A DNA stretch of 64,000 nucleotides from an uncultured Clostridia bacterium (GTDB taxonomy: Bacteria; Bacillota; Clostridia; Christensenellales; UBA1242). The stretch is taken from NCBI GenBank assembly GCA_947591785.1, contig CANQDK010000003.1:51868-115867 (forward strand). The letters are read 5' to 3'. The position numbers and the translations under genes are program-made. Under the pieces are notes generated by a model. It made no database searches, was not told the origin of the DNA, and worked only from the letters and a program-made list of their open reading frames with translations. Shown here piece after piece: positions 18,389 to 27,737 of the stretch (the first letter of the stretch is position 1; the number at the start of each line of letters is the position of its first letter).

Positions 18389-19210
18389 TCAGCTTAATGC
18401 AGAAAAGTCAACTCCATTATGTCCATCTGGCTTGTCTGATTCATCATTTTCTGATTTTTCTCCTTGCTTTTCCGTTTTTTTAAGAGCATCAAAGTTTGGT
18501 AAAGGTTCTGCTTTTTCAAATTCCTTTACTTGTTCATAATATTTCTTTCCTCTTCTGCGAATCAATATCAAGTCAACAATCTTAAAGATTATGCTGACAA
18601 AAATAATTACAACCATTGAAATAAACAGTGGAAAATGAGAATCCGATTCTCCAAATATTGTTAAAAAGATAATCAGTGGAAGCAAAATACATTCAAAAAC
18701 AATTGTGGTAATAACCAATCCATTTAGATTCTTCTTGTCACTTTTAAAAGACGAAATAAGCGACGAAATCCCCAAAATCACAAACATTATTGCTAAGCCA
18801 AACCCTAAAAGGAAGAACACCCAAATTAGTGGCGAAATTATTATTGCCAGAAATTGAGCTAACTCAGAATCACCAATCCATGAAGTCATTGGCCCAACCA
18901 ACATTCCACACAAAACTCCCAAAACTGCACCAACAACAATGTCAAACACTCCTGAGAAAAATGTAAAAGGTTTCAATCCAAACTTTCTTTTTGGTTTTGA
19001 TTGTTTTTCATTTGTGGTGTTTTCAGCAATCACGTTTGGTTGTTCAATATCATCTGCAATTTTCTCAGACTCACCTGAAATCACTTCAAGATTTTGCTGT
19101 TGTGTATTCTCTCTAAGAACAACAGTTTCTTTGTCAATTAGTTCTTCATGTTTGTCTTTTTTTCTTTTATTTTTTTTCTTCTCTATGATAGGAGAAAAAT
19201 CTTCTTCCAT
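18389..19210 (-). CDS. hypothetical polytopic membrane protein with charged N- and C-terminal tails
   Basis: 273 aa from the ATG after AAGGAGG. About 5 hydrophobic segments. No recognised domain. Confidence 0.5.
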   Translation of the reverse strand: MEEDFSPIIEKKKNKRKKDKHEELIDKETVVLRENTQQQNLEVISGESEKIADDIEQPNVIAENTTNEKQSKPKRKFGLKPFTFFSGVFDIVVGAVLGVLCGMLVGPMTSWIGDSELAQFLAIIISPLIWVFFLLGFGLAIMFVILGISSLISSFKSDKKNLNGLVITTIVFECILLPLIIFLTIFGESDSHFPLFISMVVIIFVSIIFKIVDLILIRRRGKKYYEQVKEFEKAEPLPNFDALKKTEKQGEKSENDESDKPDGHNGVDFSALS

Positions 19211-19434
19211 TTGAGCCTCCTTAAGATATACTAACATTTTTTTTATTTTTTTTCAAACAAAATTAAATCTTAAATCAACAGAATTTAAAAATATTTTGTC
19301 AAATTTTTAATCTCAAAATTCAAAAATAATTCCTTTTAAATAAAAAATTTAAAAAAATCTAAATTGAATTTAATTTATAAAAAAATTTGACTTATTTCTA
19401 AAATAATATTATCCTAAATTTAGGAGGAAAATTT

Positions 19435-20460
19435 ATGTCATTTAAAACATTAAGTAAAACAAAGAAAATCTTTTCTATATTTTCAATCATATTGGCTATA
19501 ATTTTTGTCGCAATTGGTATTTTTTTAATAGTTTGGTTTTGTGGAGACAGTTATTCTCAGTTTAATTCTTTAGCGGAAAAAGAATTTGCTATTCCAGGAC
19601 TATCATCAGGTTTCACTCCCCAAGGCCTTGATTATGAAGAAACAGACAACATTTTTCTTGTTTGTGGCTACATGAACAATGGCTCAGCTTCTAGAGTTTA
19701 TGTTGTTGATGAAAACATTCCTGAAAATAATAAATATATCACCCTAACCTTTGAAGAAAAAGATTATAAAGGGCATGCTGGAGGTATTGCAACTGATGGA
19801 ACAAGCGTTTGGATTGTTGGAGAAGGCGTTGTCAACAGATTCCTCTATTCAGACTTAAAAAATGCTCAAAATGGAGAAAAAATTGAAATAAAAGATAAAT
19901 TTGAAAGTAAAAATGGAGCAGATTTTGTTTTGGTTGACAACAACAGCCTTTGGGTTGGAGAATTCCATCGAAGTGGAAAATATGACACAAATAAATCTCA
20001 TAAAATTGAGATAGAAAAAAATCAATTCAACTATGCACTCACTTTCAAGTATAATATCAACGAAAATAATACTTACGGACTTGAAAGCACAACTCCAGTT
20101 TTGGCACTTTCCCATTGCTCGCTTGTTCAAGGTATGGAAATAACAGATGGAAAAATTTTGCTATCTTGTTCATATTCCTTACCAGACGCCCACATTTATA
20201 TTTACGAAAACATTTTATCAAAAAGCTCATCAAAGAATTTTACTTATGATGAAGAGAATGAAATTCCTTTATATATCTTGACAAGAGATGATTTAATTGG
20301 ACAGGTAACAACTCCTTCAATGAGTGAAGAAATTGTTATTGCAAACAACAAACTTTTTGTTCTATTTGAAAATGCATGCAAAAAATATTCACTTTTCACA
20401 CGAGAAAAACTTGTAAATGTTTATAGTTTCACACTTGAAAAATTAGATAATTTAAAATAA
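19435..20460 (+). CDS. hypothetical N-terminally anchored extracytoplasmic protein
   Basis: 341 aa. AGGAGGAAAA RBS. A single N-terminal TM segment (IFSIFSIILAIIFVAIGIFLIVWF) followed by a beta-rich domain. No family recognised. Confidence 0.55.
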   Translation: MSFKTLSKTKKIFSIFSIILAIIFVAIGIFLIVWFCGDSYSQFNSLAEKEFAIPGLSSGFTPQGLDYEETDNIFLVCGYMNNGSASRVYVVDENIPENNKYITLTFEEKDYKGHAGGIATDGTSVWIVGEGVVNRFLYSDLKNAQNGEKIEIKDKFESKNGADFVLVDNNSLWVGEFHRSGKYDTNKSHKIEIEKNQFNYALTFKYNINENNTYGLESTTPVLALSHCSLVQGMEITDGKILLSCSYSLPDAHIYIYENILSKSSSKNFTYDEENEIPLYILTRDDLIGQVTTPSMSEEIVIANNKLFVLFENACKKYSLFTREKLVNVYSFTLEKLDNLK

Positions 20461-20500
20461 TTTTTACGAATTTCAATAATTAAAATTTAATTTGGATAGA

Positions 20501-20535
20501 AAAAAGAAAATCTTAAAACAGATTTTCTTTTCTTA
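20501..20535 (+). terminator. rho-independent terminator
   Basis: AGAAAATCT-TAAAAC-AGATTTTCT followed by a T-rich run. Confidence 0.55.
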
Positions 20536-20743
20536 TTTATATTAAAAAGATAAAAATTATGTAAATTAATATGTAAATATTTTATTATTTTTATTTTTTA
20601 ATCTATTTTCTTTTTTATTTCTTAAATTCTAATTTTTTTAAATATCTTTCATTTTTGAATTTATATTAATTTTATAAAATTACTATATTTTTTAATTTTT
20701 AATCAAGTTTTTAATTGTTTTTTTTATTAAAATTTGATTTTTT

Positions 20744-22075
20744 TTACATTTTTGTGACTGTTAATTTATAACATGTCGCAACATTTTCCACTCTAACTTT
20801 TTCACTTATTGCAACACCTGCAATAACATAAACTTCATTTCCGCTTGCAAGCACTGGAATATAATCACGCATTCTAACAGGAATTTTTTTATCAATCAAA
20901 AAAGATTTCAATTTCTTAGTTCCGCCACCAAATTTTTCGAACATATCTCCTTCTTCACGATATCTCCATCTTGCATCTTTTGGAACTTTTCTATAATCAA
21001 AATAAAGAGCATTTGGTTCATTCATTTTTTTTGTGCTTGCTCTGTTGATTGAGATATGTCCATAGCCATTTGCATCAAATTCTTCAATTTTTAATGTCTT
21101 TGAAAGATTTGGCTTCTCAATATAATTGTTTCTAAATGTCAAAAAATCATATTCCTTGCTAACTTCCACATCATTTGGAAGTTTCAATTTTTTACCATTT
21201 TCTGCAAATGCAAGTTCTCTTATCATCTCAATATGTTTTCTTTCAAAGTCTTTTTTAGCACCAATAATTGACAATGTGTAAAAAACAACTCTTGTGTATA
21301 TTGCAGGACTTAAAGAAAAATAACTACATGGCATTTGTACTGTTTTTTCGTCAACTATAAGTGCATTTGTGTCAAGATTTGCTTTGATATAGTCATCATC
21401 TTCACAAACAGCTTTTGCGAAATTGTTTATTGCTTCAACTGCATTTGGCCATTTTTTTAAAATATCTTTCATAACAACATTTCTAATGAAATTTCTGGCA
21501 TAAGAAGTGTCATTATTGCTTGAATCTTCAACAAACTCAATTCCGTTCAGGGTTGCATATTCTTCAATTTCTGCTTTTGTGACAGGAAGCATTGGCCTTA
21601 TGTAAATCTTGTCGCGAATTGGCTCCATTCCTCTTGCACCTGCAAGTCCGCTTCCACGCAAAATATGCATTAAAATTGTTTCCGCCTGGTCACTTTGATG
21701 ATGTGCTAACGCAATTTTGTCAACTATATCTTTTTTCACCAAAGCTTCAAAAACTCCATATCTTCCTTCTCTTGCGGCTGTTTCAATGGAGATTTTTCTT
21801 TCTTTTGCTATTTTTGGTGAGTCAATTGAAAATTTATAAACACGCACTCCCATATCACGACATTTTTGAAGAACAAAACGTGCCTCATCCTCACTCTCTT
21901 CACGTATTCCATGATTGATATGAATTGCAACAACATCAATATCAAGAGTTTGTTTATTTGCATTTAGGAAATGTAAAAGTGACATACTGTCAATTCCACC
22001 ACTAACACCAACTCCAATAACTTCACCTGGTTTAATTAATTTTTTTTCTTTTATAAATTCTAATATTTTTTCCAT
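20744..22075 (-). CDS. tilS: tRNA(Ile)-lysidine synthase
   Basis: 443 aa. PP-loop VSGGIDSMSL, plus the conserved position downstream of spoIIE. Confidence 0.88.
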   Translation of the reverse strand: MEKILEFIKEKKLIKPGEVIGVGVSGGIDSMSLLHFLNANKQTLDIDVVAIHINHGIREESEDEARFVLQKCRDMGVRVYKFSIDSPKIAKERKISIETAAREGRYGVFEALVKKDIVDKIALAHHQSDQAETILMHILRGSGLAGARGMEPIRDKIYIRPMLPVTKAEIEEYATLNGIEFVEDSSNNDTSYARNFIRNVVMKDILKKWPNAVEAINNFAKAVCEDDDYIKANLDTNALIVDEKTVQMPCSYFSLSPAIYTRVVFYTLSIIGAKKDFERKHIEMIRELAFAENGKKLKLPNDVEVSKEYDFLTFRNNYIEKPNLSKTLKIEEFDANGYGHISINRASTKKMNEPNALYFDYRKVPKDARWRYREEGDMFEKFGGGTKKLKSFLIDKKIPVRMRDYIPVLASGNEVYVIAGVAISEKVRVENVATCYKLTVTKM

Positions 22076-22279
22076 CGTTTCCCCTTACTAAATAAAAATA
22101 TTATTTATATTTAATTATACATCAACACATTTTTAAAAACAATATTTTTTACAAAAAAAATAGGTTTTTACACCTATTTTAATGTTTTTTTTGCAATTTT
22201 AATAATTTTATTCGATTTTTTATTTATTTTTTATTTATTTTTTATTTTTTAATTTATATTTTTTCAATTATTGGTTAAA

Positions 22280-24574
22280 TTAATTTTCCAAAATTTTAAT
22301 GACAATCACGCTCATATCGTCAACCGCATAACCATTATTACAAGCAATCGCTCTCTCCAAAAGTTCATCTGCAAACTCTTGCGGATTTTTCGTTTTGATT
22401 GATTTAACACACGATTTAAGTTCTTCTTCGCTTGCAAAACTGTCACCAATCCCATCACTAAACATAATTACAAAATCTTTTGCTGATATAACATTCTTAT
22501 TTTCTAAAGGTTTTGGATTTTCAACAATACCAATTGGAAGAGCCCCTGTTTCCACAACACGACATTCGTTTTCGTTTAAAATAAATGATTTTGGCGATGC
22601 CATTTTTATAAAATCAGCAATTCCATTTTTCTTGTCTATCACACAAATATCAAGAGCACTGAATATTTCCTGTTTGTGTAACGCCAAAAGTTTGTTTACT
22701 GTTGAAAGAATCAAATCATTGTCAAATCCTGCTTTATAAAAGTTTTCAACAAGAGTGATTGAAAGTTCGCTTGCACTTTCTGCTTTTTCTCCACTACCCA
22801 TTCCATCACTTATGGCAAACAGCAATTTATCACTGTCAAGTTTTACAACACTATATGTGTCACCACTCATTTTTGAACCATTTTTAGTTTTCTGACTCAC
22901 TCCAAAAACACAATCCAATTTTGGAGCGGTTTTCAAATTTACAACCATATAGCCTGGCCTTGAAGATGAAAATGTTTCATAGACAGACATCTTCTTTCCA
23001 CACACCTTACTAACAACATCAACAATACGGGCTCTTTCGCTATCTTCATTTCTAACAACAACCGAAGCAATCATTGTCCAAATATCTTTTTCAAAAACCA
23101 CTGCATCAATGCAAATAATATTATGATAAGTCAATTCGTCAAGTATTTTATTTTCTCGCACGCTATCAAACGATATATTCACTTCCATTTCTTTTGACAG
23201 CCCATTCATTATTTTTGAAATTCCAAGTAGTTGATCAGCAATAATCAGCTTGCTCGTGTCAACATCATGAACCATGCTCATATATTTCTTGTATTGTGCA
23301 GTCAAGGTGTTTATACACCCCAAAATTGAATTTGTCTGTTTGCATCTTGATGTGAGATAGGAAGGAATATCCAAAAGTGTCACCTTTCCTTTCTCAAATG
23401 ATATTGTGATAAGTTCGTTAAACACTTTTTTTGTGTTCTCGGCAAATGTCCTGTGGCAGTGATTTCTTTCTGGACAAAATGAACAAATTTTATCAACGAT
23501 TTCTTGATTTAAAAGCACCTTAACTTCATCAAGCGTCATTCCCGATTTTAGCATGTTGCGATAAATCAAATTCATATCATTAAAAACTTCCGCAAGATTT
23601 CCAAGCCTTTTATTTAAAATTTCACGATTCCTGTTGGCAACATTTTTCATTGCAAGTCTATCTTTTGAGAGATTAAATACAACCGCAACCTCACTGCAAA
23701 GATTTTTTGGCAAAATCATGAAAATTGCACACGAAAGTAAAACTGGAAGCATTTCAATTATGCCAAATGAGTTATAGAGTTTAAAATAAAAACCAATCAA
23801 AAGTTCCACACAAATTAAAGCAATCACCATAAAAATTCTAAATCTTTTTTTAAACAACAAAATTGCAAGTGCCCAAATTATAAATGGTGCAAAAAAAATT
23901 GGATTGTTTGTTGCAATAAGAGCTCCAAGCCCACCAATAGCAGAAACAAGCATTGTTAAAAGTGGCGTAGAACAGAAACCGAAAACAAGCAAAACAAAAC
24001 TCATAAAAAGTTTTAGAAAGCTAAATCCTTGCAATTCTAAAACAACAAGTCCTCCGCAAAGGCTTGCAATAATTGAGAATAAGGATACAATTTCAATAAT
24101 TGTCAATTTGTTTGTGAAACCTCGAATAATAACAGCCTCAAAAACAGCCATACAAGCAAGCATAAAGAGAATTCCAAGAACAATACTCACCAGTGACAAA
24201 ACAGGCGAAAATCCGTTGATAATATCAAAAGTCACATTTGCAGTTTGACTTAAAATTGCAAATAAAACAAATTCCCATTTATTCATATTTTTTTTACACA
24301 AAATATGAATAAAATATGGCACGATTAAACAGAAAACAGTAACTAACATACAGATTGCAAATTCCAATGTTGGCTGATGAAGTGCCCCTGCAATTATGTA
24401 AGTTGGAGCAACAATCCAAACTTTCTGGTTTGCCCAAGCCAAAGCAAACATCATTCCAAAAGCGAAAGGAAAAATCGCCATGTTAACACTTGAATTGAAA
24501 AGCACATAAAACAGTCCTATAAAAAGAATTGCTTGAAAAATAAAAAAAAGATATTTGTTAAATTTAAACTTCAT
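22280..24574 (-). CDS. spoIIE: stage II sporulation protein E (membrane PP2C phosphatase)
   Basis: 764 aa. About 10 N-terminal TM segments, a central regulatory region and a C-terminal PP2C domain (ISDGMGSGEKA, FSDGI, DDMSVIV). Confidence 0.85.
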   Translation of the reverse strand: MKFKFNKYLFFIFQAILFIGLFYVLFNSSVNMAIFPFAFGMMFALAWANQKVWIVAPTYIIAGALHQPTLEFAICMLVTVFCLIVPYFIHILCKKNMNKWEFVLFAILSQTANVTFDIINGFSPVLSLVSIVLGILFMLACMAVFEAVIIRGFTNKLTIIEIVSLFSIIASLCGGLVVLELQGFSFLKLFMSFVLLVFGFCSTPLLTMLVSAIGGLGALIATNNPIFFAPFIIWALAILLFKKRFRIFMVIALICVELLIGFYFKLYNSFGIIEMLPVLLSCAIFMILPKNLCSEVAVVFNLSKDRLAMKNVANRNREILNKRLGNLAEVFNDMNLIYRNMLKSGMTLDEVKVLLNQEIVDKICSFCPERNHCHRTFAENTKKVFNELITISFEKGKVTLLDIPSYLTSRCKQTNSILGCINTLTAQYKKYMSMVHDVDTSKLIIADQLLGISKIMNGLSKEMEVNISFDSVRENKILDELTYHNIICIDAVVFEKDIWTMIASVVVRNEDSERARIVDVVSKVCGKKMSVYETFSSSRPGYMVVNLKTAPKLDCVFGVSQKTKNGSKMSGDTYSVVKLDSDKLLFAISDGMGSGEKAESASELSITLVENFYKAGFDNDLILSTVNKLLALHKQEIFSALDICVIDKKNGIADFIKMASPKSFILNENECRVVETGALPIGIVENPKPLENKNVISAKDFVIMFSDGIGDSFASEEELKSCVKSIKTKNPQEFADELLERAIACNNGYAVDDMSVIVIKILEN

Positions 24575-24672
24575 AATTAAGAACCCTCATTATGATTTTA
24601 AAATAAAAAATATCTTATAAAAGCATAAAAAAATGTCAAAAAAACGAGAAAAAACGATTTTTTTGAAAAAAA

Positions 24673-25643
24673 CTATATTGTAAATTTTAAAAGCAGTTTT
24701 TTAAAAAGTCTCCAAAAATGGGTGGCGATTAAGCATAAGGCAAATGTATAAACAAAAACGATAACACCATTAACTTCAAAGAATTCTTGCAAACAAGTTG
24801 CAATAATAACATGATACACATAAATATTAAACGATATATTGTTGCCAAAAATTTTGTTAAAGGTGCTTGACTTGATATTTATATGTAAATTTTTTATTCC
24901 CAAAACAATAAAAACAGAACTTAAAATTGTCGTAACAAAAATTGAACCAGAGTCATCACCAAACCTAGCCAAAAAATTCACTTCATATATTTGTAGGAGT
25001 GCAAATAAAAATCCAATTGCAAGGAAAAATAGAGAGACAACCCAATCATAATCAAATTTTATTCGATTTATTTTTACACCAATTAAAAAGAAAGGCAATC
25101 CGCGGAACAACGAGTTGTTATATAAAGCTGGGATATCAAAATCCCCCCCCCGCCTAAAATAATTAAGTTAGAATATCTTCCGAAAATGACACAAAGCATT
25201 AATAAAGGGATTATACATTTGAAAGCAAATTTTTCTTTTTTATATTTAAGAATTAAATAATATATCCATTGAACAATAACCAAAGATGACAAATACCATA
25301 AATGATACACTAAATCAACAAAATTATTTTTACATAATGTTGTAATAAAAGTGCAAAAAATATAAAATACAATAGGAAAAATGCTCTTTTTTAAAAAACT
25401 TATAGATTTTTGTTTCATCTTAACACTGTCTTCGCCCACCATAGATTTATCAATAAAGTATCCATCAATTATAAAAAAAATTGGCACTGCAATTCTTGAA
25501 AAAACAACCATGTTTTCACAAGGCGAAAAATGTATTGCACAAACAAAAAAAGCACATAAAAATTTTATCAAATCAAAAGTTAGATTCCTTGTTTTTGTAT
25601 CTTTCATAGCATGAATATTATCATAAATGATTTGTTTTGTCAA
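24673..25643 (-). pseudogene. acyltransferase-3 family membrane O-acyltransferase, frameshifted in a G9 tract
   Basis: Two overlapping ORFs (25083..25643 and 24673..25110). The second frame is open from the G-tract onward (GGGDFDIPALYNNSLFRGLPFFLIGV...). G10 or G7 would give one ORF of ~325 aa. Confidence 0.7.
25143..25151. repeat. homopolymeric C9 (G9 on the coding strand) tract
   Basis: ATCCCCCCCCCGCC read directly, in a genome that is visibly AT-rich. Confidence 0.95.
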
Positions 25644-25705
25644 TACAGAAAAAAATAAATTAAATAAACCTGCTTTTTGTTTTTTACAAAGTTAAAACAA
25701 AAAAA

Positions 25706-26389
25706 TCACATACCGTAAAATTTAACAATTCCACAAAAAAGGTAGTAACAAAAATTGTGCATATATTCATTGTTTTGAAGTAAGACTTCTTCTTCGGGAT
25801 TGGAAAGAAATCCACACTCAACCAAAATACTTGGACATGGTGAAACATTTAACACAAAAAAATCTCCAATTTTTGAAGTTAATTTCGCATTGGAAATATT
25901 GTTATGCAAACTTGTTGAAACACTCTCTGCGAGAGTCTGTCCACCCTGTGAACCACTTGCATAATAAACCTGTGCACCCTTTGCTTCACTTGATGGAAAA
26001 CTGTTCATGTGTAAACTAACAACAATATCTGGATTACTTTTTTCAATAATTTCCTTACGCTTTTCCATTTCGCTTTTCTTTTTATTTTGTGCAACAGGCG
26101 AATATAGTCCAGACATATCCTTTCTTGTCAAAACAACCTTATATCCAAACTGCTCACAGATATTTTTTAAGCAAACAGCATACTGCAAATTTAAATAACT
26201 TTCTTCAACATCTGTAATGCGTCCAACTGCACCACCATCCTTTCCGCCATGCCCAGCATCAATGACAATTGTGTGTCCGGCCTTTGGCATAAATGTCGGC
26301 CGAATCGCCGTGAAATACACTACGCTTGCCAAAACAAATAGCACGCATAAAACAATCAAAATCCACTTTTTCTTTAAGGTCAAAAACAT
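25706..26389 (-). CDS. cwlD: N-acetylmuramoyl-L-alanine amidase, CwlD-like (germination-specific type)
   Basis: Amidase_3 motifs VIDAGHGGKDGGA and SLHMNS, with an N-terminal TM segment. Start uncertain: ATG at 26389 is preferred over the TTG at 26443, and neither has a clear SD. Confidence 0.75.
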   Translation of the reverse strand: MFLTLKKKWILIVLCVLFVLASVVYFTAIRPTFMPKAGHTIVIDAGHGGKDGGAVGRITDVEESYLNLQYAVCLKNICEQFGYKVVLTRKDMSGLYSPVAQNKKKSEMEKRKEIIEKSNPDIVVSLHMNSFPSSEAKGAQVYYASGSQGGQTLAESVSTSLHNNISNAKLTSKIGDFFVLNVSPCPSILVECGFLSNPEEEVLLQNNEYMHNFCYYLFCGIVKFYGM

Positions 26390-26514
26390 ATAACATTTTA
26401 TGAAAAAAGCAGAAAAATAAGAACAAAAGCGGAGTTTTGACAAGTGAAAACTTAAATTTAATCAAAAAGCTTGATAAAAAGGTGAAAATTAAATAAATCT
26501 TGACAAATTTTTTT

Positions 26515-26523
26515 CCCCCCCCC
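26515..26523. repeat. second homopolymeric C9/G9 tract (intergenic)
   Basis: TTTTTTTCCCCCCCCCATG read directly. Lies between a TTGACA hexamer (26500-26505) and TGTTAATAT (26525-26533). Confidence 0.95.
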
Positions 26524-26723
26524 ATGTTAATATTAAGTCGTAAAAGCAATTGCCTTTTATAAAAGGTAGATCGTACTCTTTTCAACGAGGCTTTATTAAA
26601 AGCAGATATTAAGGCTTTAAAATCAATTACTATTGAGTTGTAATAGTGCTGTTACAAAACCCGCAAAATTCTTTTTTAATTAGAACATATTTCTTTCTTT
26701 TACGAACTAATAAAATAAAAATA

Positions 26724-26752
26724 TTGACAAAACAATCTAAAATTGTTATAAT
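26724..26752 (+). promoter_or_regulatory. sigma-A-type promoter (extended -10)
   Basis: TTGACA - 17 nt - TATAAT preceded by TGT. Confidence 0.65.
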
Positions 26753-26773
26753 ACTTTTATAAAAGGGGGTTTT

Positions 26774-27460
26774 ATGAAATCTAAAACAAATTACAATCTT
26801 GAAAGATTTGTTGATAAAGATGGCGAATATTACATTTTTGTTGACTTATCAACAATGGCACCTTATGGACGAAAAATTAGGCCTGCCATAGAAAAGAAAA
26901 TCTCAAACGAACAATACAGAGTTATTCAAATCGGTGATGAATGGTGGCAAGGTGCAACATTTATTAATAATGCCACAGGAAAACCTTGCAAACGCATGTT
27001 TGACTCTTGTGCAATTCCTATGTTCTCAGGTGGTTTGGGAATTGTTGAACTTGATGGACAACGATTTTTATATAATCCCAAAAATGACTATGTTTTCCCA
27101 TGTCCAATTGAAGAAGGTTCTCCTCTTAATAACAGCATTAAAGAAGATTTAAGAAACAATCCAGAAGATTTTCTTTGCTTGCCAACAGGATGTTTCAGGG
27201 ATACAAAACTTATTCATGAATGTCTTGACGTTTTAAAGGAAAGTGTAAAAGAACAATATTCAGACAAAAATTTAGAAGAAGTTCAAAAGTTTACTATGGA
27301 ATTTTACACTTCTATTCAAGAAAAAATTAGTAAAGAGAAAGAAAATATAAGATTGGAAGATGATGCGGAAGCACGTAGAACAAAAGAAGAACAGGATAAA
27401 AAAGCGAAAAAAGAAACTTTTGCTGAATTCGATAAAGCGTTGGATAGTTTAAAGAAGTGA
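26774..27460 (+). CDS. hypothetical protein (Cys-containing N-domain, charged coiled-coil C-terminus)
   Basis: 228 aa. AAAAGGGGG RBS. No recognised domain. Confidence 0.55.
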   Translation: MKSKTNYNLERFVDKDGEYYIFVDLSTMAPYGRKIRPAIEKKISNEQYRVIQIGDEWWQGATFINNATGKPCKRMFDSCAIPMFSGGLGIVELDGQRFLYNPKNDYVFPCPIEEGSPLNNSIKEDLRNNPEDFLCLPTGCFRDTKLIHECLDVLKESVKEQYSDKNLEEVQKFTMEFYTSIQEKISKEKENIRLEDDAEARRTKEEQDKKAKKETFAEFDKALDSLKK

Positions 27461-27471
27461 GGAAGCAAACT

Positions 27472-27552
27472 ATGACAAAAAAAGAATTTGATAAATGGGT
27501 TGACAAGTTATTTGAAGATTTAAAAAAACAATTTGACTCAAAAAAGAATTAA
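27472..27552 (+). CDS. possible 26-aa small protein (MTKKEFDKWVDKLFEDLKKQFDSKKN)
   Basis: GAGGAA SD 7 nt upstream of the ATG. Starts 11 nt after the preceding stop and is followed directly by a terminator. Not in the track because it is under 60 aa. Confidence 0.3.
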   Translation: MTKKEFDKWVDKLFEDLKKQFDSKKN

Positions 27553-27579
27553 AGCATATCTCTAGATATGCTTTTTTTT
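27553..27579 (+). terminator. rho-independent terminator
   Basis: AGCATATC-TCTA-GATATGCT followed by T8. Confidence 0.7.
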
Positions 27580-27634
27580 CAATAATTGCTAACTTACATA
27601 TTTTAAATGTGAGATAGATTTATTTTACAATTTT

Positions 27635-27687
27635 GAATGTTTACCACAAAAGCCAATCAGATGGAATGTTTAATATAAAAGCCAATC
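27635..27687. promoter_or_regulatory. direct repeats upstream of a promoter (candidate regulator binding site)
   Basis: GAATGTTTACCACAAAAGCCAATC (27635-27658) and GAATGTTTAATATAAAAGCCAATC (27664-27687), period 29. A third partial GAATTTGTTTGAC at 27694 overlaps the -35. Confidence 0.4.
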
Positions 27688-27701
27688 CGCAAAGAATTTG
27701 T

Positions 27702-27731
27702 TTGACATTTTGTTTTAAAAAGAGTTAAGAT
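27702..27731 (+). promoter_or_regulatory. sigma-A-type promoter, probably producing a leaderless mRNA
   Basis: TTGACA - 18 nt - TAAGAT, then 6 nt to the ATG at 27738. No SD. Confidence 0.5.
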
Positions 27732-27737
27732 GATTTT

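Noticed and set aside
26259-26585. 108-aa ORF whose internal ATG is fused to the G9 tract (ATGGGGGGGGGAAAAAAA). I tested whether a tract-length change would fuse it to cwlD as a translational phase switch
   Set aside because: It overlaps cwlD out of frame. In the cwlD frame an upstream TGA (26462-26464) blocks any fusion from the tract, so I do not call it a CDS. The tract itself is kept as a finding.
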